Position numbers and translations under genes: made by a program. This document shows, in pieces, positions 37,290 through 47,363 of a stretch of DNA of 64,000 nt; within the stretch, counting starts at the first letter, position 1; every line of letters starts with the position of its first letter. Origin of the DNA: a virus; the IMG/VR virus record IMGVR_UViG_3300037264_004862, positions 58,825 through 122,824 of that record. One strand, written 5' to 3'. Under the pieces are notes generated by a model that was not told where the DNA came from, did not search any database, and saw only the letters and a program-made list of their open reading frames with translations.

Positions 37290-38608
37290 TGGACCAGATT
37301 GAAAAATTCCGTTTTGCATTACGTCAGCATCTTACTGAAGCTGCACGCTCTCAGTCAGTTATTCTTATGGCTGTTTTCCCGGGTGGTCGGAATGCTGAAT
37401 TTGAATCATATTTGAAAGTCGTAGGGCTTGATAGAAGCGTAGGGCGTGAACAAGATGGGCTTGGCGTTAAAGACGATGAAAAACGTAAAGCTATGCAAGC
37501 ACGCCCAGACGTAGGTGAATTTAGTGCCCAATCTGATCCAGACGCTGGAGCTTGGAAAGTTGTCGGACTCCCAGAGAAAGGCGAGTTTGGTAGAGATAAG
37601 CCGTCTCCATGGGAACTTTTTATGGATTGGTTATGGAAGTCTCTTAGAGAAAAAGGTTTAAATCCTTCACCTTATTTAGGTTTCGGAGATGCTAAGAAGA
37701 AAGATACTAAGTTAAGCCCACAACAGAAGCGCCAACGCAAATATGGTGTTGCTGTCAAGGTCCCATCTGAAACTGATCCAGCGGTAGTTTCAAAATATGC
37801 TTTTGCATGGCCATCTAAACAATACGCTGGTAGTGGCAAGATTCCTGGTGCGGGTTTTGATGTTCGTAAGGACATCACAATCGCCATTAGTTCAATGGGC
37901 ACTGATATTGATGCAACTTCTAAGAAATTTAACGAAATTTTGAAGATGATACCTCTCCCTCAAGGCTTTAAGATTGATTTCGATGCCAATAACTATCGAT
38001 GGAATATTCTTGTAGATATTGCGGTAGATGAACCTGAAGGCTGGGAAAACAGGTTGACTAACATCACTGCGTTTAAACGTGAGAATCGTGAAAAGTGGAT
38101 TGGTGCCATTCAAGAACTGGCGGCTGGTAGAACTAACTCAGCGCAATTGGCTCCTTTGGTTCGGGCTTTTTTAGTTGTAAAGCATGGCTTCCAACCGCCA
38201 TTTAATGTTGACACTCTATCACAAGAAGATTTTGATAAGGCGATTGATATTATAAATAATACTAAATTAGATGATGTTGTCAAGTTCGCACAAGAGACGT
38301 CCCGCGCCGCCCCTACTCTCTTTCAAAAGACAGGCAAAGATGTATTGCGCAACAAGTTGGTTGACCGTTGGAATCAAGTTGTCCAAGACTTAGCTAATCA
38401 AGGTGGAACTGAAGCGTACGTTGTCCAAGTAGCGCTGGCTGATTATATGACTCAAAAAGGTGGGTTCTCAGATCCGTTTGAGCCTGAAATGTTATCGCCT
38501 GGGGTACTCTCAAAGGCCATCATTCAAGCTGGGAAGCTGTCATTTGACGAGCTTCGTCCATTTACAGAATCAATAATTCGCATCATCAATCGCATCATCA
38601 AATCGTAA
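37289..38608 (+). CDS. hypothetical protein with tandem C-terminal helical domain
   Basis: Two ~75-aa repeats W...IQELA...GF..PF..D.LS....KAI; LTE/FTE motifs near both termini. Confidence 0.6.
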   Translation: MDQIEKFRFALRQHLTEAARSQSVILMAVFPGGRNAEFESYLKVVGLDRSVGREQDGLGVKDDEKRKAMQARPDVGEFSAQSDPDAGAWKVVGLPEKGEFGRDKPSPWELFMDWLWKSLREKGLNPSPYLGFGDAKKKDTKLSPQQKRQRKYGVAVKVPSETDPAVVSKYAFAWPSKQYAGSGKIPGAGFDVRKDITIAISSMGTDIDATSKKFNEILKMIPLPQGFKIDFDANNYRWNILVDIAVDEPEGWENRLTNITAFKRENREKWIGAIQELAAGRTNSAQLAPLVRAFLVVKHGFQPPFNVDTLSQEDFDKAIDIINNTKLDDVVKFAQETSRAAPTLFQKTGKDVLRNKLVDRWNQVVQDLANQGGTEAYVVQVALADYMTQKGGFSDPFEPEMLSPGVLSKAIIQAGKLSFDELRPFTESIIRIINRIIKS

Positions 38609-38645
38609 TGCTTCTCTGTGGTTTAATGATACAAATATACTGTAG

Positions 38646-39257
38646 ATGATACACAATTTCAACGCCCAGCATGAACAATATATTAGTATAGATAGCATAC
38701 CTGAATTTAGAACTGCAGTAGAAAAACAACTTACTCCATTATCGATTTATGATCATAGTAAGCCAGATATTGCTTACGCTGAAAGAATGGCAGAAGAAGT
38801 TATTAATATCTCGGGAGCTTGGATTACTGTCTTTTTAAAACAACCGAAAGGCGATTCTCCGGAATTAGAAGTCTGGGATGAAGATGCTGACCCAATCTAT
38901 TTAGCCGGTAAGAAAATGAAGGCGTGGTTTAAACCGGAACCAATATTGGCCGAACTCACTCGTTGGGGTATCGATAAGCCGATCAGGATTACTGTCGCTT
39001 TCGCCCGTACAACGCTGATTAAAGAGCCTAATATTGGTATGAGGTTATTGCTGCCTGGTGATGTTATTGAAGCTCCCTACAACTTACCATCCGTGACGGA
39101 TCAGGGACCTTTACGTTTTAGAATCTTGAATTCGTCACAAGAAGGATTTTTCCAATATCGCTGGCTTTATGTAAAGTCAATTTGTGAATTGCTAACTGGT
39201 GATAAAGCGTTGAAAGTCAGGACCGATAATCGAAAGAATCCACAAACACCAAGATGA
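38646..39257 (+). CDS. head-closure/neck protein (T4 gp14-like)
   Basis: EEVINISG, WDED, LTRWGID, PGDVIE pattern; synteny. Confidence 0.6.
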   Translation: MIHNFNAQHEQYISIDSIPEFRTAVEKQLTPLSIYDHSKPDIAYAERMAEEVINISGAWITVFLKQPKGDSPELEVWDEDADPIYLAGKKMKAWFKPEPILAELTRWGIDKPIRITVAFARTTLIKEPNIGMRLLLPGDVIEAPYNLPSVTDQGPLRFRILNSSQEGFFQYRWLYVKSICELLTGDKALKVRTDNRKNPQTPR

Positions 39258-39264
39258 AAGTAAG

Positions 39265-39675
39265 ATGAAAGTAAAAAGCTTAAAACAGTTACGTGCTGAG
39301 TTGACTAAAAGCGTGCAGCGTGCGGCGAGCGCTGTCCTTGAAGGATTATCTGAGCATGTGAGGTTAACTGTTATTAACGATTATGTTAAGCGTGTTCAGC
39401 AATTACACTATCCATTGCATAATCCTAAAACGCGTGCAGTAATGGATAGCATGCCACCCAAAGAGATAGCAGCTGCTATTAAACGCATAATATCTCCAGA
39501 GAAAGCTATGGTATATGTGCCGTCAGGTACTGATGCCGATAAATCGGCTCGCATGCAAGAATTGTATGGTGGCAAGCCTTGGCAAAAAATTAGAATTGAA
39601 ATGCAGAATTTAGAAAATGTTAATGCTGTATTAAATTTAATAGGATTGAAAGGCATTAAAGCAATACCAAGATAA
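39265..39675 (+). CDS. hypothetical protein
   Basis: ORF in neck module. Confidence 0.55.
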   Translation: MKVKSLKQLRAELTKSVQRAASAVLEGLSEHVRLTVINDYVKRVQQLHYPLHNPKTRAVMDSMPPKEIAAAIKRIISPEKAMVYVPSGTDADKSARMQELYGGKPWQKIRIEMQNLENVNAVLNLIGLKGIKAIPR

Positions 39676-39688
39676 TTAGGAATTTAAA

Positions 39689-40531
39689 TTGTCTGTATAT
39701 GAATTTGTGTTCTCTCCTCAACAAAACCGGAATTTGGGCCCGGAGAGGGACCCACTTATAACTCCGGTTCTTCCACAACAGCCCGAATTAGAAGAGAAGG
39801 ACGAATTAATTAATAATGATATAAATCTTAATCAACCAGAAGATGTAAGGGCAGTCCTAGTACGTGGTTTTTATGCTATGGACGCTGGCATAAAAGCTTA
39901 CTTTGAGGATATTCAAGTACCAACTAAAGATGATGTACGTGCTCTTACGGTTCGCATCGCCGGTGGAGATAAGACTTTCTTACAATGGAGTCAAGATTTG
40001 CATTCAGGGCGCATTGCTTTACCTGTAATGTCAATCAATCGTAGTGGATGGCGTTTTAATGTTGATAAATTTAGTCCCCCATATATAAACATGGGACGTA
40101 GATTCGCCAATGCTGATGGGTCAAGGATGGTATTAACATATCGTCCATGGCCAGCTTTAATTGACTATAGCCTTTCGGTGTGGGCTGAGCGTAAACGTGA
40201 CATTGAAAATATTGCATATCAAATTCAAACTAGATTTAATCCATTAGCTGAATTTAGGATAGAGGATGAATCAGGATTGCGTGGATATGTACAATTGCGT
40301 TTTGGAGATGTTGTCGATAATTCAGATATAGATATTGGTGCTGAAGAATTATCGAAAGTAAGATATGATTTCAGTGTGACAATGGAAGGGTGGCTACCAT
40401 TGCCGGAAAAGATACTTCCGACGACACTTGGCAAGGCTGTATCCTTGCATGAGATGAATGGTAAGTTTCTTGAAGCTCTAAATTCTAATGGGACGATAGT
40501 CCAAGATTTCTTTAAGAGCGCTGGAAAATAA
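39689..40531 (+). CDS. tail terminator/completion protein (T4 gp15-like)
   Basis: GRIALPVMSINR, P.LIDYSLSVW....D.ENI..QI..RF, F.VTMEGWL. Confidence 0.7.
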   Translation: MSVYEFVFSPQQNRNLGPERDPLITPVLPQQPELEEKDELINNDINLNQPEDVRAVLVRGFYAMDAGIKAYFEDIQVPTKDDVRALTVRIAGGDKTFLQWSQDLHSGRIALPVMSINRSGWRFNVDKFSPPYINMGRRFANADGSRMVLTYRPWPALIDYSLSVWAERKRDIENIAYQIQTRFNPLAEFRIEDESGLRGYVQLRFGDVVDNSDIDIGAEELSKVRYDFSVTMEGWLPLPEKILPTTLGKAVSLHEMNGKFLEALNSNGTIVQDFFKSAGK

Positions 40532-40543
40532 TGGAGATATAAA

Positions 40544-40813
40544 ATGGTAAAGAGACATTTATCGCAGCGTGAGCTGGCACAAGTGAAAAGTGACACAAAT
40601 GGTTTTGTTACGGTTTACAACCGTACTGCAAATCAACCAGTGTTTATTCAGTTGCGTGCCCCTAAGGGAGTTGATTTTTATCTCGGTGAACAAACAATTA
40701 TTTTGCATGTTGGAAAGACCGCTAAATTTCCTGTATCGCGGTTATATCGAGAGCAGATTATTAATCATACCAAAGCTGGACGTATTAAAATTTTGTCTGG
40801 TACCCTTGATTAA
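40544..40813 (+). CDS. small hypothetical protein before sheath
   Basis: GGAG SD; synteny. Confidence 0.55.
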   Translation: MVKRHLSQRELAQVKSDTNGFVTVYNRTANQPVFIQLRAPKGVDFYLGEQTIILHVGKTAKFPVSRLYREQIINHTKAGRIKILSGTLD

Positions 40814-40883
40814 TAACTTGGCGTCAAAAATATTTTGAATTGATAAGGCGCGTTAACTTAATAGGCGCTGGAGGATTATAGAA

Positions 40884-43727
40884 ATGGCCGTCTTTCTGTC
40901 GCCAGGGGTTTATCCCCGCGAAATAGACCTGAGTGCAATCCCAACTAATGTTGGGCCACTAAGGCCTGTATTTATCGGCACGGCGAAAAAGGGTCCGGTT
41001 AACGTACCCACATTCGTGTCGAATTCTCAGCAGTTTATTGATACGTTTGGTGACCCAATCACCGAATCTCCGATGGGCTTTGCGGTCCTCAATTACATGG
41101 AAGAGGGCAATCAAGCTTACATTTTACGTGTTGGTGTTGAGTGCGAAGAAGGTCAAGTAGATGAACTCGCAAGCATATGCATCGACACAAGCGGCGCTCG
41201 AGTGGACGGTTGGGGCCGTATTCCATTTTTCACTGGCATTGATCATGGTCGTATTTTGCTTCGTGTTCCAAGTACAGAGGCTCCTTATGAATTCCATGAT
41301 GACGCTATCACTAATATCGATTATAATGATATTGATGTAAGCTCTACAGCCGGTCCTACTACAGCTACTTTAGACTTTACGGGTGCTGGACTGAGCGATG
41401 CGTATACTGATCCAATTGATGATACATTTACAGTTTTAATTACTCAGAGCCCTGATCCATTAACTGGCTCAACTGTTGATGGAGCTAAGTTCCAAGTTAT
41501 TCGGAATAGTGATGGTGTTGTTACCAATTCTGGTACAGTTACTGAGAGCGTGCCCGGGACATCAGATCCAATCCAATGTGGCACAGGCGATGATGACAAC
41601 GGCCTAATTTTTGCTATTGTTGTAACTGGCTCTAGTCCAATTGAACAGGATGATACTTTCACGTTCCAAGTCCAACCTGACAACCGTGCATTTTCATTCT
41701 CGGTTGAAGGTGGGGTTGCGACTCCATTCACGTTTGGTACAATTTCATTCACTGACGTCGATACGTTCGTGGATGCATTTAACGTCATAGTTGGAGCTGG
41801 TGAAGATTATCAGGCGTTGAACGTTGGTGGTGTTCCTGAAGCTGTGACAGACACTGCGGGCGATAGAATTCAACTTATGACATCAGAGGCGTGGGCCCTT
41901 GAAGTTGGGTCTTCGCTTTTTGCGTATGATATTCCACGCAGCTTCTTGTTAGGTAGTGATCCAGGACCATTCAATATTACTAGTCAGAACAATAGGGTTA
42001 AGATCTCTAGCATTGAGGCTACTGTAACGACTGATTTAGAGATTTCTGTTCCTAATGGTCTAGGACAAAGTTCCGCAAATATTGCGTCAGCTTTGCATTT
42101 AGGTGGTATTCATCTTGGAAAGCGTTACTTTGATAGTTTCGCTCTTCAGGTTTCTGCTACTGATTCGTTAGTAGCAGTGGTAGCATCTGATGATGCTATG
42201 CTTTCTACTTTGAAGATGCAGGCTAATTTCTCTAATATTAAAACGTTAAGATTTGCAGAGGAAATTGATCTTCCATACCCATATACTCGCAATTTCCGTG
42301 GGTTCTCGGACCCACGTGTTTCATTGCCAGATGCCGGTGAAATTACTCCTTCAACACCATTGAGCTGCGAGACAGCGCCATTGAGTGATGAATGTGCTGC
42401 CGACTCCGACTATTTTGCAAATATTGTCGGTTGGTTGATTGCTAAGACTCCAGGCACATGGGTAGATGATCTTAGGGTAACTCTTTCGATTTATAATGAC
42501 ACTGGAAACCGCTATTCAATCAGGATCTTCCAGAACGGCATTGAAGTAAGTCGCGTTGATGACGTGAGCTTTGATCCACGTGAAGAAAGATATGTAGCTA
42601 ACGTCCTAAATTCAGGTAGCACTCTTGGTGGTGTCAACGGCAATGAATTTATTGAATGGGAATCACGCCCATCGTTCTTGAACAATGACCCAACTGATTT
42701 GGGGACTTTTGAAGTTCGAAACCCAACCGCATTTAATAGCCGTGCGTTTACAGGGCAGGCCAACGGTATTCCAATTGACGCTACGTTCAGCTCAGAACTG
42801 GATAGGGCAATTATTGGTAATCCGGCTACTTCAACTGGATTGTTTGCTTTCCAGAATCCAGAGGTCTTTGATATCAATCTACTAAGCATTCCAGGCAACA
42901 GCTCGGGTGCCGTAATTGGTCAAGCATTGCAGCTCTGCGAAAGCCGTGGTGATGTGCTATTCCTAGTCGATCCCCCATTTGGTCTCAGGCCACAACAGGT
43001 GGTCGATTGGCATAACGGTATGTTGTTCAGCGACTTGTCGGCTGCGATAAATTCTAGTTATGGCGCTCTCTATTGGCCATGGCTGAAGATATTTAATCAA
43101 TTCTCTGGTGAAGAACTCTTTGTTCCGCCATCTGGTTTCGTGGCTGGTGTGTTCTCCAGAACCGCACGTGAGCGTGAACAGTGGTTTGCACCTGCGGGTC
43201 TCCAACGTGGTCATTTGCTGACGGCTTTGGATGTTGAATTTAATGCTACTCAGGGCGAACGTGATCTATTGTACGGTTCCGGGAACGCAGTGAACCCAAT
43301 TGTTAAGTTCCCACAAGATGGGATTACGGTCTTTGGACAACGCACCCTACAGCGTCGTGCAACGGCTTTAGATCGTGTCAACGTCCGTATGTTGTTGATA
43401 TTCCTAAAGAAGAACTTAACTAGGTTGTTGAGATTCTTCCTATTTGAACCAATTGACAGGTTGTTATTTGCGGAAGTCAGAGCGGCTATTACGCCATTCT
43501 TAGAAGACGTTATGGCCCGTAGAGGTTTACAGGCGTTTAAGGTCATTTGCGACGAAACAAACAACACTCCGGAAAGAATCGACCGGAATGAGTTGCATGT
43601 TTCGATCCTCCTTAAGCCCACAAGAGCGGCTGAATTTATCATATTGAACCTCGTGATCCTCCGCACTGATCAAAGCTTTGCAGCCGAAGAAGTTTTGGCG
43701 GCAGCAGGCGTGGTCACCGGAGTCTAA
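40884..43727 (+). CDS. contractile tail sheath protein (gp18-like)
   Basis: SPGVYPREID, FIGTAKKGP, YWPW, PPSG, WFAPAG..RG, NPI, GQRT, RVNVR, FEP, NNTPE.ID. Confidence 0.97.
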   Translation: MAVFLSPGVYPREIDLSAIPTNVGPLRPVFIGTAKKGPVNVPTFVSNSQQFIDTFGDPITESPMGFAVLNYMEEGNQAYILRVGVECEEGQVDELASICIDTSGARVDGWGRIPFFTGIDHGRILLRVPSTEAPYEFHDDAITNIDYNDIDVSSTAGPTTATLDFTGAGLSDAYTDPIDDTFTVLITQSPDPLTGSTVDGAKFQVIRNSDGVVTNSGTVTESVPGTSDPIQCGTGDDDNGLIFAIVVTGSSPIEQDDTFTFQVQPDNRAFSFSVEGGVATPFTFGTISFTDVDTFVDAFNVIVGAGEDYQALNVGGVPEAVTDTAGDRIQLMTSEAWALEVGSSLFAYDIPRSFLLGSDPGPFNITSQNNRVKISSIEATVTTDLEISVPNGLGQSSANIASALHLGGIHLGKRYFDSFALQVSATDSLVAVVASDDAMLSTLKMQANFSNIKTLRFAEEIDLPYPYTRNFRGFSDPRVSLPDAGEITPSTPLSCETAPLSDECAADSDYFANIVGWLIAKTPGTWVDDLRVTLSIYNDTGNRYSIRIFQNGIEVSRVDDVSFDPREERYVANVLNSGSTLGGVNGNEFIEWESRPSFLNNDPTDLGTFEVRNPTAFNSRAFTGQANGIPIDATFSSELDRAIIGNPATSTGLFAFQNPEVFDINLLSIPGNSSGAVIGQALQLCESRGDVLFLVDPPFGLRPQQVVDWHNGMLFSDLSAAINSSYGALYWPWLKIFNQFSGEELFVPPSGFVAGVFSRTAREREQWFAPAGLQRGHLLTALDVEFNATQGERDLLYGSGNAVNPIVKFPQDGITVFGQRTLQRRATALDRVNVRMLLIFLKKNLTRLLRFFLFEPIDRLLFAEVRAAITPFLEDVMARRGLQAFKVICDETNNTPERIDRNELHVSILLKPTRAAEFIILNLVILRTDQSFAAEEVLAAAGVVTGV

Positions 43728-43746
43728 TATAAGGTGAGGAATCAAA

Positions 43747-44280
43747 ATGCCAGGATTTAACATTGGCGGCGGTCGCGATGGTAATGAACCAAGTAACGTT
43801 GCCGAAACTCGCCGTAAGCATAGGTGGCTCTTCGAAGTTGTTGGCCCTATCCAACGTGAAGCTTTGTTGTTCTTACAGAAGGCCTCTAGGCCAAATTTTA
43901 AGTATGAAGAAGCAATAATGCACCATGACCAAGAACAGGCCTATTTTGCTGGCAAGCAATCTTGGGAACCAATAACATTGTCTTGGTATGATGCTGAACA
44001 GAACCCAGACGTTTCTAAACAGCTTCATAATTGGATAGTGACAGTAACAACGGGTGGACTTGGTGCAGGTGGAGGCGCAGTGACCGTCGCAGTTCCTAGT
44101 GCTTACAAGAAAGAAGCAAAATTGTCTATGACTAACGGCGCTGGAGCACCAACAGAGACTTGGACACTAAAAGGTGTATGGCCACAACAAACCAATTGGG
44201 GCGATTTGGATTACACTAATACTGAAATTCAATTGGTTGAAGTTACTATGCGTTTTGACCGTGCAATCAAGGATCTTTAA
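43747..44280 (+). CDS. tail tube protein (gp19-like)
   Basis: RKHRW, RPNF, AGK.SWEPITL, YKK, W.LKGVWP...NWGDLDY. Confidence 0.9.
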   Translation: MPGFNIGGGRDGNEPSNVAETRRKHRWLFEVVGPIQREALLFLQKASRPNFKYEEAIMHHDQEQAYFAGKQSWEPITLSWYDAEQNPDVSKQLHNWIVTVTTGGLGAGGGAVTVAVPSAYKKEAKLSMTNGAGAPTETWTLKGVWPQQTNWGDLDYTNTEIQLVEVTMRFDRAIKDL

Positions 44281-44319
44281 TCTTTCTGATTAAATAAACC
44301 ATAACTAGTAAACATAGTT

Positions 44320-44871
44320 ATGGACTATATGCCAGGATTTAACATTTCAGGTAGCCGAGAAAAAGGTGAGTCTGGCGTTACTGTAGAAATATTTCGTAAT
44401 CACCGTTGGCGTATCGTATCTCTTGGTGCAGATGGTGTTGATGGTGGTGTTATAAACAGAGATAACCTGATATATGCTAAAAGCTTACAGTTGCCTGAAT
44501 TTAATGTCGAAGAAGAAATGGTAACTGGTGCGGCTATCAAATACAAATTTGCTAAGATTGTAAATTGGGGCGATGTTGTGGTGACCTTCTATGACGTAGA
44601 GGGTGTTTATAGTGGGCTTATGACGTGGCAAGGTAAAGTTTATACTTCACAAAAGGGTATCGGTATTGCAGACGATTACAAGAAAGAATGCCGATTTCAG
44701 ATGACTGATGGTGCTGGTAAAGAAGCTGGTCCGCTGTACGTTTTAAAAGGTAGCTGGCCCAAAGTAATTAATCATAGCACTCTATCATACGAAGACACTG
44801 AGTTAAAATTAATAAATTTAACACTGTCGTATGATTGGGCTGAAATAAGATTCCTCACTCGTGCTCAATAG
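44320..44871 (+). CDS. second tube-fold protein (gp19/gp54-like)
   Basis: Shares MPGFNI.G start and RxHRW, LP.F, W.D...TFYD, YKK, L.GSWP, LSY motifs with the previous gene. Confidence 0.85.
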   Translation: MDYMPGFNISGSREKGESGVTVEIFRNHRWRIVSLGADGVDGGVINRDNLIYAKSLQLPEFNVEEEMVTGAAIKYKFAKIVNWGDVVVTFYDVEGVYSGLMTWQGKVYTSQKGIGIADDYKKECRFQMTDGAGKEAGPLYVLKGSWPKVINHSTLSYEDTELKLINLTLSYDWAEIRFLTRAQ

Positions 44872-44912
44872 TCATCTCTAAACAGTAAATATTTAATCAT
44901 AGGAGTTATAAT

Positions 44913-45824
44913 ATGTCTGAACCACATGGTCCAGGAGCGACGCCAGGGGTTGATGTTACCAAGAGGCCACAAGATGTCCTTGATATGGTCTTGCAACTTC
45001 CGCAAGATACAGTTCTTCCTTGGGAAGAAATTGTTTTGCCAAGTAAGGGGCTGTATTATGATGGTGCAATACCAGATGGGCGAGTTAAAGTCCGTCCAAT
45101 GGGCTTAGAAGCTGAAAAAGTTCTAGCTACTCAACGTCTTGCACAGAGTGGAAAGTCTATCGATTGGCTCTTCCGTAAATGTGTTCAATTTCCAGATGGA
45201 AAATTCGATCCAATTAATCTTCTGGTGGGCGATAGGGTTTTTCTTCTTTACTACTTGCGCGGTATCACTCATGGTAATGAATATGAATATATTATAAAAT
45301 GTAGTAATGAAGATTGTGGTAAACCAAGCACACAAATCTACGATTTGAATTTATTGCAAAGCACCATTACTGTTCCAGACAAGGATTTAGGGTCAGAGCC
45401 GTTTAAGGTTGTTTTGCCGCATCTTTCTAAATTAACCAATGCTGATTTCTGGGTTAAAGTCCGTTTCATGCGCGGATATGATCTACAATCAATTATGAAT
45501 CAGCGTCGTACCACTAAGAAGGTCCAAAGCATGGGACGTCCAATTAACACCCAGGCCCCCGAAATGATTGACGATACTCTAGAAGAGAATCTTAATCTAT
45601 TGATTGTTGAGGCGATGGGTTCAGAGGATCGTACTAAAATCCACCAACTTGTGAGCAAGATGCACTCGGTTGATACGGCTACTATTCGTGAATTCTTGAG
45701 AAAGAATTCTCCAGGTATCGATGCAACAGTTACAATCAATTGTTCTGATTGTAACAATGAAATGAAGATGGAGTTGCCCATTACTGAAAGCTTTTTTCGC
45801 CCAACGGTCCGCAGAAACTCTTGA
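44913..45824 (+). CDS. baseplate hub assembly / tail assembly chaperone (gp26-like)
   Basis: LPSKGLYY, VRPM, DR.FLL..LR, CxxxxC and CSDC, ends ...ITESFFRP. Confidence 0.75.
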   Translation: MSEPHGPGATPGVDVTKRPQDVLDMVLQLPQDTVLPWEEIVLPSKGLYYDGAIPDGRVKVRPMGLEAEKVLATQRLAQSGKSIDWLFRKCVQFPDGKFDPINLLVGDRVFLLYYLRGITHGNEYEYIIKCSNEDCGKPSTQIYDLNLLQSTITVPDKDLGSEPFKVVLPHLSKLTNADFWVKVRFMRGYDLQSIMNQRRTTKKVQSMGRPINTQAPEMIDDTLEENLNLLIVEAMGSEDRTKIHQLVSKMHSVDTATIREFLRKNSPGIDATVTINCSDCNNEMKMELPITESFFRPTVRRNS

Positions 45825-45843
45825 GGAAGAGTTTTGGCACCTG

Positions 45844-46032
45844 ATGGAGCAGGCATTTCTTCTCAAGCATTATGGAAACATAAGCTTGGATGAAATGCGG
45901 ACAATGACGGGAGAAGAGCGAAATTGGTGGCTCCAACGCCTGGATAAAGAACACAAGAAAGAGAAGGATACCACGAGGTCGGGGAATGTTCCTGGAAAGC
46001 CATCATCTATACCGGGAGCGCCTCCTATATAA
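45844..46032 (+). CDS. gp51-like small chaperone, probably also the frameshift extension of the previous gene
   Basis: F.L.HYG.IS..E...M...ER.WW..RL; frame open back through TTTTTTC at 45792; no well-spaced SD. Confidence 0.65.
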   Translation: MEQAFLLKHYGNISLDEMRTMTGEERNWWLQRLDKEHKKEKDTTRSGNVPGKPSSIPGAPPI

Positions 46033-46045
46033 GCAAAGATAGAAT

Positions 46046-46807
46046 ATGGCCAATTCGCCTAGAATATCTGCCCGTACAGGTGGGATAGTCGATCTTAATG
46101 TGACATTTTATCGCAATGGCGTTGCGGAAGAACCATTTGCAATAAGACGTATTGATATTTATGAAGGATCGGAGAAGCCTGAAAATTTGATTGCTCAAAT
46201 CCCTATCGTTGATCCCACCGATTCGGCGTATCCTGCCCCTTTAGGTAGAGTAGGAACTGGTTCATTTGTGTTATCAATGGATATACCAATAACATTTAAT
46301 GCACCGGCGGTTTATTTAGATGTGTGGCGTTTTGTCGGCAATGATCCAGGAACTGGTGGCGATCTTAATGATGAAACATTATGGTCATCTCAGTGTAATA
46401 AATTCTGGGTTTTCCCTGATGGTTTTTATCTTGACGATGGGTTGGTTGTCCCTCGCTTCGGATTCGAAGCTCTTGACAAAACTTTTAAAAAACCTGAAAT
46501 TCGTAGCTTAGAGGTTGGTTTAATGCCATTGCCATTATACGACTTTGATTTTAATCGTATAGCACCGATTATTCCACAACTTAAGGCTCTTATTACGATA
46601 CAAACTGAAAATTGTGAAGTGTTGGTTGATAGAGATCCTTGTCGTATTGGTGTTCGCCAAGGCAGTTATAGAACCAATCCATTTGTTGTACAATATCTAC
46701 TTGATACTAATAACTTTCTTACTGGCACGTATGTTTACCGGATAACTCTACTTCTTCCAAATGGGGAGACTAGAGTATCGGATGATATGAGAATTACAGT
46801 CCATTAA
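46046..46807 (+). CDS. hypothetical beta-rich virion protein
   Basis: CAAAGATA 4 nt before ATG; within tail module. Confidence 0.55.
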   Translation: MANSPRISARTGGIVDLNVTFYRNGVAEEPFAIRRIDIYEGSEKPENLIAQIPIVDPTDSAYPAPLGRVGTGSFVLSMDIPITFNAPAVYLDVWRFVGNDPGTGGDLNDETLWSSQCNKFWVFPDGFYLDDGLVVPRFGFEALDKTFKKPEIRSLEVGLMPLPLYDFDFNRIAPIIPQLKALITIQTENCEVLVDRDPCRIGVRQGSYRTNPFVVQYLLDTNNFLTGTYVYRITLLLPNGETRVSDDMRITVH

Positions 46808-46808
46808 T

Positions 46809-47312
46809 CTATTTCTCGCGATATCGAACCCATTTATTCTTAAGCGGCTTAAAGACTGCCTCAAATCGCAGGAACTTGTTATAGCTTGCGGATGGGTCTT
46901 GTCCGTGATATAAGTTATACTTAATGTCATCGCTTAATATTTGTTGTTCTAGTGAATACCAACATTCAAATGAACAATGTTTATATTTAGAGACATTGTT
47001 ACATTGAGGTTTTATAATCAAACGTTTTGCTTCTTCATATCTGCTGTGTTGTATTAGATAGTTATATTCTCTATATCGACCTATAATAATAGCAGGTCTA
47101 CAATAGTTTATAAATCTTCCAATCCAGATGGTTGGAATATTGCGTTGGGAAGACATTTGTGTATATTTAGGGTAGTATTGATCATAGAAGGTATCCCAAG
47201 ACATTCCAGGCCATACCCCGATCCATTTCTCATCACCCATAAATAATAATAGTGTACCTTGGTCTGTTTTGAAAATTTCGCCTTGATATCCAGGTATGTA
47301 GACAGTTTTCAT
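46809..47312 (-). CDS. hypothetical protein
   Basis: ORF track; opposite-strand insertion in tail module. Confidence 0.5.
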   Translation of the reverse strand: MKTVYIPGYQGEIFKTDQGTLLLFMGDEKWIGVWPGMSWDTFYDQYYPKYTQMSSQRNIPTIWIGRFINYCRPAIIIGRYREYNYLIQHSRYEEAKRLIIKPQCNNVSKYKHCSFECWYSLEQQILSDDIKYNLYHGQDPSASYNKFLRFEAVFKPLKNKWVRYREK

Positions 47313-47363
47313 ATCGGCATCGTACGTATATGACTATAATGGCAACAATAATAAGCAATAATC

